Assembly (NCBI GenBank): GCA_033762115.1
Contig: JANRLX010000094.1
Span: 1-32,578 of the forward strand
DNA length: 32,578 bases
Direction of reading: 5' to 3'
DNA from: Verrucomicrobiota bacterium
Lineage (GTDB): Bacteria; Verrucomicrobiota; Verrucomicrobiia; Limisphaerales; SXQI01
Under the pieces are notes generated by a model. It was not told the origin of the DNA, did no database searches, and saw only the letters and a list, made by a program, of their open reading frames with translations. Positions 17,006 through 25,497 of this stretch are shown here, one piece after another. A program made the position numbers and the translations under genes. The number at the start of each line of letters is the position of its first letter. Position 1 is the stretch's first letter.

Positions 17006-20000
17006 ATGCGCGTTCCCCGTCTTCTCTCCTCTCTCTGCTGCCTCATGCTCCTCCATGCAGCAAACGCCGCCACCACCCGCATCGGACCTCACACCTTCAC
17101 CCACCCGGACGGGTTTACGGTCGAGCTGGTTGCCGGGCCTCCCCTGGTTGATCGCCCCATCTCCATGGACTTCGACGACCTCGGTCGCCTCTACGTCGCC
17201 GACTCCTCCGGTTCCAATGAGAACGTCCAAAAACAGTTGCAGGAGAAACCGCACCGGATCGTTCGCCTCGAAGATTCCGATGGCGATGGCCGTTTTGACA
17301 AGAGCACGCTGTTCGCTGACAAGATGATGTTCCCTGAAGGGGCCATGTGGCTCGATGGTTCCCTTTACGTTTCCGCGCCCCCGAGCATCTGGAAACTCAC
17401 CGATGGGAACAACGATGGGATTGCCGATTATCGCGAGGAATGGTTTCAGGGCAAAACCCTGACCGGCTGCGCCAACGACCTGCACGGCCCCTTCCTCGGC
17501 CCGGACGGTTGGATTTACTGGTGCAAGGGAGCGTTTGCCGAGCAAAAGCATGAACGCCCCGGCCAGACCCCATTCGTGACCCGCGCCGCCCATATCTTTC
17601 GTGCCCGCCCCAATGGCTCGGGCCTGGAACCGGTCATGACAGGTGGGATGGACAATCCCGTGGAAGTGGCTTTCACCCGTGAAGGGGAACGGATTTTCAC
17701 CACCACCTTCTTTCAACATCCCGAAGCTGGTCGCCGCGACGGCCTCGTCCACGCCATCTATGGAGGGGTGTACGGCAAAATCCATGATGTCATTGACGAC
17801 CATCCCCGTACCGGTGATGTCATGCCTGTGCTGGTCCACATGGGACCGGCTGCGCCCAGCGGAATCACTCGCTACGAATCCAGCATCTTCGGCGCGGAGT
17901 ACCAGGACAATCTCTTCGCAACCTCCTTCAATCTGCACAAGGTCACCCGTCATCAATTGAAATGGAACGGCGCGACTTACGATTCAGAAAACTCCGATTT
18001 TCTCCTCTCTGACAATCCCGATTTTCATCCCACCGATGTCATCGAGGATGCGGATGGCTCGCTGCTGGTGATCGACACCGGCGGCTGGTATAAAATCTGT
18101 TGCCCCACCTCCCAGCTTGCCAAGTCAGATGTCCTGGGTGGGATTTATCGCATCCGCAAATCCGGTGCCACCACGCCAAAAGATCCTCGCGGTCTGACGA
18201 TTCCATGGGACCTGCTGCTCCCCCCTGCCCTTACCCACCTGCTCGCGGATGAACGCCCCGCCGTTCAGCAGAAAACCATCAACCGCCTCGTCAAATTTGG
18301 TCCAAAATCCCTCGGTGCACTCGAAACCATCGCCTACTCCTCCCCTTCCGCGCTGGCCAAACGAAATGCTCTTTGGGCCCTGGCACGAATTAATCACCCC
18401 GATGCGTGGGTTATTTTCCATCGCAGTTTGGAAGCGGATGATCTGTCCGTCGCTCATACAGCCGCACAGGCCATCAGCCTGTGGCGCGACAAATCAGCGC
18501 TTGAACCATTGCTTAAAGCATTGACCAACAGCTCCCCTCACCTCCGGAGGATTGTCGCCGAAGCGCTCGGAAGGATCGGGGAAAAACGGGCTGTCCCGGC
18601 CCTCCTGACCGCCGCCGCCGTCGCATCCGATCGGGCATTGGAACATTCGATCATTTTCGCCCTGATCGAGATCGGAGACCGGGAGGAAACATTGAAAGGA
18701 TTGGAGAACGAAAATCCGTTGGTCAAAAAAACCGCAGCGATTGCCCTGGACCAGATGAAAAATGGAGCATTGCCACCGGCCACGGTCATTCAATTGTTGG
18801 GATCGGAGAATCAGAATTTGCGCGAAGCGGCACTTTGGATTGCAGGTCGCCATCCGGAATGGGGCAATGAACTTCGCTCCTATTTTGAAAAACGCCTCAG
18901 TGGAAATCCGGACCAGAGCCAACTGGTCGCGTTGCAAAACGAGCTTCTGAAATTTATCCGCAGCGAATCGATCCAAAGTCTGGTCGCCACAACCGCGAGC
19001 TCTCCCCAAATCCCTGGAATTATCAGGCAACTGGCTTTTAAAATCATGGCTCGATCCGGTTTAAAGGAAACTCCGCAAAGCTGGACAGACGCTCTTGAAC
19101 TGGGATTGAAATCGGACGATGCGGAGCTTTTGCGGGAGTCGCTCGCCTGCGCGCGGGTCCTGGGCAGTCATCAACGAACAATTCAAAAAATTTCCCCAAA
19201 ACTCAAAGCCATCGCTCATGACCAGCAGCGATCTGTTGAATTCAGGTTGCTGGCATTGGCCGCCTTGCCGGAACCAGGTTCGCTCGATGCCGGTTTGCTC
19301 AAATTGCTGAAGGAGAACCTTTCCCCGTCCACTTCGGTTGCGTTGCGGAATCTCGCTGCCACGGTGCTTGGAAAAGTTCGATTTACCAGCGAGGAAGCTG
19401 TGGAGGCGGCAGCACTTCTTGAAGTGGCGGGCCCGCTGGAGATTGGTCGAATCCTTTCCGCCTATGAAATGGCAACAAACGATCTGGCTGGAGCAAAAAT
19501 TGTCTCGGCACTTTTGAAATCTCCTGCGGCAAGCGCGTTGCGGCCGGACCAGGCAATGACATTTTTTTCCAGGTTTTCCGAACCGGTGAAAAACTCGGCC
19601 GAACCGCTGCTGAAAGCGTTGCAGCAGGACAGCGCGTCCCAGGCTGCAGAAATTGATCGGTTGCTGCCCTTGTTGCAGGAGGGGGACATTCGGCGCGGGC
19701 AGAAAATTTTCAGCTCAAGCAAAGCGGCTTGTTCAAGCTGTCACGCCCTGGGTTATCTTGGAGGGCGGGTTGGGCCGGACCTGACCAGCATCGGCACTGT
19801 CCGGACGGAACGGGACCTTCTTGAATCGATTCTTTATCCCAGCGCGAGTTTCGTTCGGAGTTATGAACCAGTGCTGGCGATTACAAAAGATGGGGAAGAG
19901 CATAGCGGTGTTTTAAGGAAGGATTCTCCTGATGAGGTGATCCTGAGCACCGGGACGGAAACGGAAATCCGGCTTGCCCGGAGTGAGATCCAGGAAATGC

Positions 20001-20110
20001 GACCGGGAAAAGTGTCCGTGATGCCTGGCGGATTGGGTGACCAGTTGACGAAGGAAGAACTTGCTGATCTTCTCGCTTTCTTGAAAGCGACCAAGTGGGG
20101 CGCAAATTGA
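17006..20110 (+). CDS. PVC-type heme-binding CxxCH protein (beta-propeller dehydrogenase-like domain, HEAT repeats, cytochrome c)
   Basis: Signal peptide, PDGFTVELVAGPPLVDRPISMDFDDLGRLYV, LEDSDGDGRFD, HEAT repeats, CSSCH at 19730-19744, GPDLT, LLESILYPS, SVMPGGL. Confidence 0.93.
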   Translation: MRVPRLLSSLCCLMLLHAANAATTRIGPHTFTHPDGFTVELVAGPPLVDRPISMDFDDLGRLYVADSSGSNENVQKQLQEKPHRIVRLEDSDGDGRFDKSTLFADKMMFPEGAMWLDGSLYVSAPPSIWKLTDGNNDGIADYREEWFQGKTLTGCANDLHGPFLGPDGWIYWCKGAFAEQKHERPGQTPFVTRAAHIFRARPNGSGLEPVMTGGMDNPVEVAFTREGERIFTTTFFQHPEAGRRDGLVHAIYGGVYGKIHDVIDDHPRTGDVMPVLVHMGPAAPSGITRYESSIFGAEYQDNLFATSFNLHKVTRHQLKWNGATYDSENSDFLLSDNPDFHPTDVIEDADGSLLVIDTGGWYKICCPTSQLAKSDVLGGIYRIRKSGATTPKDPRGLTIPWDLLLPPALTHLLADERPAVQQKTINRLVKFGPKSLGALETIAYSSPSALAKRNALWALARINHPDAWVIFHRSLEADDLSVAHTAAQAISLWRDKSALEPLLKALTNSSPHLRRIVAEALGRIGEKRAVPALLTAAAVASDRALEHSIIFALIEIGDREETLKGLENENPLVKKTAAIALDQMKNGALPPATVIQLLGSENQNLREAALWIAGRHPEWGNELRSYFEKRLSGNPDQSQLVALQNELLKFIRSESIQSLVATTASSPQIPGIIRQLAFKIMARSGLKETPQSWTDALELGLKSDDAELLRESLACARVLGSHQRTIQKISPKLKAIAHDQQRSVEFRLLALAALPEPGSLDAGLLKLLKENLSPSTSVALRNLAATVLGKVRFTSEEAVEAAALLEVAGPLEIGRILSAYEMATNDLAGAKIVSALLKSPAASALRPDQAMTFFSRFSEPVKNSAEPLLKALQQDSASQAAEIDRLLPLLQEGDIRRGQKIFSSSKAACSSCHALGYLGGRVGPDLTSIGTVRTERDLLESILYPSASFVRSYEPVLAITKDGEEHSGVLRKDSPDEVILSTGTETEIRLARSEIQEMRPGKVSVMPGGLGDQLTKEELADLLAFLKATKWGAN

Positions 20111-20116
20111 GTCGAA

Positions 20117-21715
20117 TTATTTTTCTTTTGAAAATTCGGCGAATTTTTCCAGGTCGGAATAATCATTTTCCCAGGTTGTGTACATGACACCGAGGACGCC
20201 TTGAACTTTGGAGGCGGCGTTGATCCACTCCCTGATCCGGGAAGGATCATGGTCATAGTAGCCAGCAATTACCTGGCGATGGCCGCGGTCAGCAAAAAAC
20301 TTGAGGCTTTCATTACGTTTTTCAAAATACCAGGGAACAATCACCACATCCTTCTCCAATCCTTCCCATGCACCGGCAAAGCTTCCGCGAACCAGATAAT
20401 ATTCATTCACGGCGTTGTGATGTGGGTCAAACATGTCGCTCCAGACATAGATCGTGCCGCCCGGATTGATTTTTTTGAGGAGATTGACACAGCTCCGCAC
20501 GTTGTCGGCGAGGAGTTCTCCTGCTGTCATATTTCGGCTCTGACAGGCGTGGCACCAATTCCAAACCCGGATTTCATCGTGTGACATCATGTAGCCCTTT
20601 GCACCCCATGCCTTGTGCATCCGCTCTGCCTGATCCTTAAGCAGTGCGAGAGTTTTCGGTTCCGAGGGACAGATTGCTGCCTGATCATCATGAACAGTAG
20701 CGGCATGATAGTAGGAAGCGCGCAGGCGGGAACCCTCCGGCAGGGAGACTTTTAATTTGGGTGAGGCATGGAAAATATCGTATGAACCGGGCCAGAGCCT
20801 TCGTCCCATCCGGGAATCTTCCAAAGAAGCAAAATCTTTCCCTTCGGTTAACACGGTTCCGTTTTCGTGTGTGAGCTTCAATGGTGCGCCGGGCCTGCGA
20901 ATGAGGTTAAGAAATGCGGTTTCCTCCAACTTCAAATCGTCAAACCACAATTCACCGCTGCCTGCGCCCCAGACGCCGAGGTAAAGCATGGCATTGGTGT
21001 GGTTGAGAGAATTGAATACGACGTGGTGAACTGTCCAATCCTGTGAAGGTTTTGTGCCTAAATAGTTATAATTGAGGGAGCGGTTGCCCGAGAGCACTTT
21101 GACTTCTGGCGTGCCCTTGAAATTGACGGTTTTTACCTTCAGTTCCATGTGATACTGCCTGAATGGCTTGAGCGAGAGCTTTTGGACGATCCGCGCATTA
21201 CCACCGTCTCCATTGCGAATCACCGCTGCCCCCGAATCACTTTGCACTGAGTCATCCTTCCAATCCCATTCCTTCAGATTGGTGAAATCCCCTCCTTTAA
21301 GTTTCAATTTCGGATCGGGAAGCAACTCCGCAGTTCCGTTTCGCACCACAAGCGGGAGATCGTTGACAGGGAGCCCTTCAATCAGATTGGGATCGTGCCA
21401 TAAAAGATCGTTCGAATAACCGATGGAAAATAGAGCGGGAACGACCTCGATTTTACATTCCGCGGCCATGGTCTTGACCCGTTCGACATTCCTGAAATAA
21501 CGAGCATCCATGTCGTTGAGCTTGGAAAATTTTGAGTCAGCAAGGAGGAGATGGGTATAGCCAAGCTTTTGCGCGCGGCGCATGAGTTCTTCGAGGCGGG
21601 AGAGGTTTTCATCCACCCACAGGTTCTGCGAACAGTAAATCCACTTTTGAGAAGGGGCAGCAGCCAGCGGAAGCAGGAACAAGCCAAGCAGCAAGGTTCG
21701 GATGAGTAGGCGCAT
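20117..21715 (-). CDS. Secreted glycoside-hydrolase-like protein (GH20-like TIM barrel with inserted CBM-like domain)
   Basis: Signal MRLLIRTLLLGLFLLPLAAA; MMSHDEIR (DE pair), VWSDMFDP, VPWY, GVMYTTW; insert ARIVQKLSLKPFRQY...LWFDDLKLEE. Confidence 0.7.
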   Translation of the reverse strand: MRLLIRTLLLGLFLLPLAAAPSQKWIYCSQNLWVDENLSRLEELMRRAQKLGYTHLLLADSKFSKLNDMDARYFRNVERVKTMAAECKIEVVPALFSIGYSNDLLWHDPNLIEGLPVNDLPLVVRNGTAELLPDPKLKLKGGDFTNLKEWDWKDDSVQSDSGAAVIRNGDGGNARIVQKLSLKPFRQYHMELKVKTVNFKGTPEVKVLSGNRSLNYNYLGTKPSQDWTVHHVVFNSLNHTNAMLYLGVWGAGSGELWFDDLKLEETAFLNLIRRPGAPLKLTHENGTVLTEGKDFASLEDSRMGRRLWPGSYDIFHASPKLKVSLPEGSRLRASYYHAATVHDDQAAICPSEPKTLALLKDQAERMHKAWGAKGYMMSHDEIRVWNWCHACQSRNMTAGELLADNVRSCVNLLKKINPGGTIYVWSDMFDPHHNAVNEYYLVRGSFAGAWEGLEKDVVIVPWYFEKRNESLKFFADRGHRQVIAGYYDHDPSRIREWINAASKVQGVLGVMYTTWENDYSDLEKFAEFSKEK

Positions 21716-21716
21716 A

Positions 21717-22595
21717 TCAGAGTTGGACGATCCGCAACCAGCCTCTATTCCCGAATTCCTGCTCGAAGGAATGTTCGATATGCACTGGATCAGTGGTTGG
21801 CTCGAAGAGGGCAAAAGTGGTCGAACCGCTGCCGGACATGAGGGTGGCAGCGGCACCGAGATTTTTCAATGACTCCTGGTAAAAGCGGAGAATCGGGAAT
21901 TTGTAGAGTGCCGGGGCTTCCAGCGAATTGTAAAATTCCTTGCCTGCGTCCGGCAGGGAACTGGAATTCAGCAAGGCCGCCAACCGTTCGGCTCGCCCCT
22001 GCCTGCCGTTGAGCGCCTCCGGAAATTTGGCCAATTCCTTGTAGGCCCATGCAGTGGAAATTCCAAACCCCGGATGATACAGGAAAATCCAGGCTTGATG
22101 CAGGGACTTGAAAGGATCAAGGGAACGCACGTTTTCACCGCGGCCAAAAGCCAGGGCGGGCCTGTCCTGGAGAAAGAAAGGGACATCCGACCCCAACTGC
22201 GCAGCAATCTGATGCAGGTCCGAATTGCGCAGTGGCGAACCGAAAAGTTCATTAAGGGCGAGCAGAGTGGTGGCAGCATTTCCGCTCCCTCCGCCCAACC
22301 CGGCGGCAACGGGAAGCTGTTTCTCCAAGTGGATGGAGATGCCTTCCTTGATCCCGGAGGTGGCAAGGAACGATTCAGCGGCACGAACCACGAGGTTACT
22401 TCCATCGGTCGGAAGTTCAGGCTGGTTACAGGTGAGGCGAATTCCTGTTCCGGCGCGATCAAAGATTAATTTGTCATGAACAGGGATTGGAAGGAACAGC
22501 GTTTCCAGTTCGTGAAAACCATCCGGACGTTTGCCCAGGATATTGAGCAGGAGATTGACCTTGCATGGGGAAAGGCGTTCGAGTGTTTTGGACAT
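21717..22595 (-). CDS. ispE: 4-diphosphocytidyl-2-C-methyl-D-erythritol kinase
   Basis: PCKVNLLLNILGKRPDGFHELET, KQLPVAAGLGGGSGNAA, LGSDVPFF, MSGSGST. Confidence 0.97.
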   Translation of the reverse strand: MSKTLERLSPCKVNLLLNILGKRPDGFHELETLFLPIPVHDKLIFDRAGTGIRLTCNQPELPTDGSNLVVRAAESFLATSGIKEGISIHLEKQLPVAAGLGGGSGNAATTLLALNELFGSPLRNSDLHQIAAQLGSDVPFFLQDRPALAFGRGENVRSLDPFKSLHQAWIFLYHPGFGISTAWAYKELAKFPEALNGRQGRAERLAALLNSSSLPDAGKEFYNSLEAPALYKFPILRFYQESLKNLGAAATLMSGSGSTTFALFEPTTDPVHIEHSFEQEFGNRGWLRIVQL

Positions 22596-22627
22596 AAAAA
22601 AAGCGCCAACATGATGTTGGCGCTTTT
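22596..22627 (-). terminator. Intrinsic terminator-like hairpin
   Basis: Minus strand AAAAGCGCCAACA-TCA-TGTTGGCGCTTTTTTT, 14 nt after the stop of the 22642-23073 gene. Confidence 0.75.
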
Positions 22628-22641
22628 GAACAATTGTTAAA

Positions 22642-23073
22642 TCAATAATCGAAAATACGAAAACGGCTGCCGGGAATCATCGGGGCCACGTCCCCTCCGC
22701 TAAAGCCCAGGGCGGCGTCTGGCGAAAAGGTCGGATCGGCAATGAGTGCAGGAGTATAGCTGTCCGGGTAAACGGGATCTTCAGGAAGAAAAATCGGATC
22801 GTAATCAGGAATCGGGAAGGTCAGGATTTCGTAAGCGCCCACAGCGGTCCGGGCGAGGCTGCGATTGAAGCCGCGAATAAATCCGGTTGTGTAGGCGGCA
22901 TCCGTACCGTCCCAAAGCGCTGTTTGTTCGACGGAGCGGCGAATTTCACCACCACGGGCAAATTCGGTCACATTATTGATCCCGCGACCAAACTTTTGTT
23001 CCGGACCAGCGCAGCCAACTGCGAACAGGGTGACAGCGGCAAGTGAGAAAATGGTAGTAACACGGCTTCGCAT
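22642..23073 (-). CDS. Exosortase-system-associated lipoprotein, TIGR04073-like
   Basis: Lipobox FAVGC; KFGRGINN...G...R...GAYEILTFPIP pattern. Confidence 0.75.
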   Translation of the reverse strand: MRSRVTTIFSLAAVTLFAVGCAGPEQKFGRGINNVTEFARGGEIRRSVEQTALWDGTDAAYTTGFIRGFNRSLARTAVGAYEILTFPIPDYDPIFLPEDPVYPDSYTPALIADPTFSPDAALGFSGGDVAPMIPGSRFRIFDY

Positions 23074-23122
23074 ACTTATTGTTCAATTAGAGTGCAGGAA
23101 AAAAGGGTGCCTGTAAAGCCTG

Positions 23123-24088
23123 TTACTGTTTTGGAAGCCATTTCTCCCAATTTTTGGAGAACTCATCCACGTTTTCCCGGGTGACCGGCAGCAAAGGACT
23201 GACATCAACCACTGCGGCAGGGTTTTTCTTGAAATGAACCTTGTTCACCAGATGTTCGACCGACCTGTAACCCCATTCATAAACCTGCTGGGCCAGGAGC
23301 AGCTGGACATGGCCGCTGCGGAGGTAGGCCAGTTCAGCAGGAAGCGCATCAACGGAAACGACCTTGATTGTTCCAGGCGTCCATTTGAGCGCATTGTCCG
23401 TAAACAAGGGCCAGCCGCCAATGAATGCCCAGCCGGTGATGTCCGGGTTAGCCTGCATGACCTGCTCAATTTTTGCAGCGGCGTCCTGGGGAGTTTCCTT
23501 GTGGTAATAAGTATCCCGAATGGTGATGCCGGGATGTTTTTTGGCAATGTTCTTCACCCCCTGGACACGTTTCTGAAGATTCGGGGCATTCTGGTTCCCG
23601 GCCAGAATGGCCACAACCCCTTTGCCATTCATGATTTTTGCAAGCTCTTCCATGACCTGCTCCCCGCATTTAATATCGTCGACGCCAAAAGTGACAAAGC
23701 GCTTGCTGCCTGGGGCGTCTGAATCAAAAGTGGCGACTGGAACTCCGTTGGCAACGGCTTTGTTGATGGCATCAGTCAATTTGTTGGCATCTGAACAACT
23801 GACAGCGATCCCGTCAGCGCCCGCGAGGGTAAGTTGCTCGATGGCTTCAGCCTGTTTCTGGGCGTCCTCTTCATTGGGCGTTCGCCAGTCGATTTTAATG
23901 TTGAGACCATGTTTGGCACCCAATTCACGTGCAGCATCCACAGCTCCGACGCGGGCTGCCTGGAAAACAGGATTTCCCTGGGATTTGGCGACAAGGCCGA
24001 ATGTGTACTGTTTTTTCCCCTGGGCGTGAATCGAGGGCAATAATGCGAGAAGGCAGGCAAGAGCAAAACTCCGTCGTGTGAGCTTCAT
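23123..24088 (-). CDS. Periplasmic sugar-binding protein (RbsB/Peripla_BP_4 family)
   Basis: KSQGNPVF, GIPV-like GVPVATFDSDAP, GVDD, RVQG, VSVDA; leader MKLTRRSFAL. Confidence 0.9.
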   Translation of the reverse strand: MKLTRRSFALACLLALLPSIHAQGKKQYTFGLVAKSQGNPVFQAARVGAVDAARELGAKHGLNIKIDWRTPNEEDAQKQAEAIEQLTLAGADGIAVSCSDANKLTDAINKAVANGVPVATFDSDAPGSKRFVTFGVDDIKCGEQVMEELAKIMNGKGVVAILAGNQNAPNLQKRVQGVKNIAKKHPGITIRDTYYHKETPQDAAAKIEQVMQANPDITGWAFIGGWPLFTDNALKWTPGTIKVVSVDALPAELAYLRSGHVQLLLAQQVYEWGYRSVEHLVNKVHFKKNPAAVVDVSPLLPVTRENVDEFSKNWEKWLPKQ

Positions 24089-24152
24089 AGGTGTCAAATC
24101 AGGGTAGCGCACTGTTTCAAAAAGCCAACTTCAAAACGGGATCGGGCATGGA

Positions 24153-24416
24153 TTAATGTCCCAGCTGGAACAGCTCCCAGATGCTGCCCAGGAGCAGGAG
24201 TGCGGGAATGAAGCCCAGGAAAATTGCGGCCAGGCGGTAACTGAAAAGTTCAGCGCGGAAAACCGGCAGGAGCACGATCAATGCAATGGATGAAACGATG
24301 GCGGCGGCGAAATTTTTCTTAATTTCAGATAAGTAGGAACGGTAAACGGACAATTGCGGCAGTAGAACAAAAAGAATGATAATATTGGAGACAATGGCAA
24401 TCGCCAGGCGAACCAT
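24153..24416 (-). CDS. Small hypothetical membrane protein (3 TM)
   Basis: 87 aa with three hydrophobic stretches, co-oriented with its neighbours. Confidence 0.55.
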   Translation of the reverse strand: MVRLAIAIVSNIIILFVLLPQLSVYRSYLSEIKKNFAAAIVSSIALIVLLPVFRAELFSYRLAAIFLGFIPALLLLGSIWELFQLGH

Positions 24417-24506
24417 AGCGGATGGAGATTCACCCCGCAGCTGATTGGCAGAACTCTGGGGATCGGGATTTGGAATGCCATCAGGTTGTCCAAACGGCTT
24501 GCAAAT

Positions 24507-25475
24507 TCAAGGCTTATCGGACTGGCCGGGATAAAGCTGGACGATGACGTTGGCCAATAGGATCAACCCTCCCCCCAGCACAAGAGAGCGAGTGAACAGT
24601 TCATTCGTGTAGCTGATTCCGGCAATGGAGGAATAGAACGCTGGAAGGAAGAGGGCAAACAGGCTGGCGAAAAGCGGTTCAAGCCCATAAATGAGCCCGG
24701 CTTCTGTGGGAGAAACACCAGGCTGCCAGCGGTTCATTAATAGATAGGCAATGATCGTGCAAAAGAGCACCAGAATAAGTGTCAGCCACAAGATGTGAAC
24801 GGAAGCGAAAGCAATTTTCAAATCGGACGGGGACCGCATCATCACTAATGTTAATGGGGCGCTGATGAGGGCAATGGTGGAAAACATCACGAAACTAAAA
24901 TGATTCACGTTGTTGTCGGAAAAAACGGGCCGGGCCAGCCAAAGGATTTGTCCGGTAAAAATCACGGAGCCGACCAGGGTTTCCAATTCTCCACGGCCCA
25001 GGTGAAAACGTCGCCAGTCAAAGCCGGTGAGAATGGCAATTCCAACGATCATCATGCCGGTTGCAATGAGGACACCGATTGAGGGCAGCTTCTTTTGGCG
25101 GATCGCGGCAATTGTCGGGAGGAAAATGCAATAGGATTGGGTGAGGAACGCCGATGTGGAGGCCTCGGTGTAGTTCAAGCCATCCATCTGGAAAAGCAGC
25201 CCGACTCCCCCAAAGACGCCGAGCCCGATCCCCTGCCAAACTTCAAGACGGGTGATGCGATTAAGTTTGAGGCCCATCCATAACCCGATGATCAGTGCGG
25301 CGGCTGTAAAGCGAATCGTGACCATGAGCGCGGTGCCAAACCAGGTGGAATTGTCGGGAAGCAGCTGCTGCTGGATCAATCCGAGAGCTTTCATGGTCGG
25401 AAAGCTCAAGCCCCAAAAAATCGTCGCCAGCGCGAGCACCTGGACTGCCCGGGCATGTCGGGAACGATGATCCAT
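24507..25475 (-). CDS. DMT/EamA family transporter
   Basis: IFWGLSF, IRF, GLNYTEASTSAFLT, AGLIYGLEPLFA; about 10 TM. Confidence 0.92.
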   Translation of the reverse strand: MDHRSRHARAVQVLALATIFWGLSFPTMKALGLIQQQLLPDNSTWFGTALMVTIRFTAAALIIGLWMGLKLNRITRLEVWQGIGLGVFGGVGLLFQMDGLNYTEASTSAFLTQSYCIFLPTIAAIRQKKLPSIGVLIATGMMIVGIAILTGFDWRRFHLGRGELETLVGSVIFTGQILWLARPVFSDNNVNHFSFVMFSTIALISAPLTLVMMRSPSDLKIAFASVHILWLTLILVLFCTIIAYLLMNRWQPGVSPTEAGLIYGLEPLFASLFALFLPAFYSSIAGISYTNELFTRSLVLGGGLILLANVIVQLYPGQSDKP

Positions 25476-25497
25476 GAAACGAATTGTTAATCTTTGA

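Noticed and set aside
16991..17956. 321-aa minus-strand ORF
   Set aside because: Antisense shadow of the well-supported PVC heme protein; no motifs
21716..21856. N-terminal extension of the GH-like protein
   Set aside because: Lies within ispE; the signal peptide begins at ATG 21715
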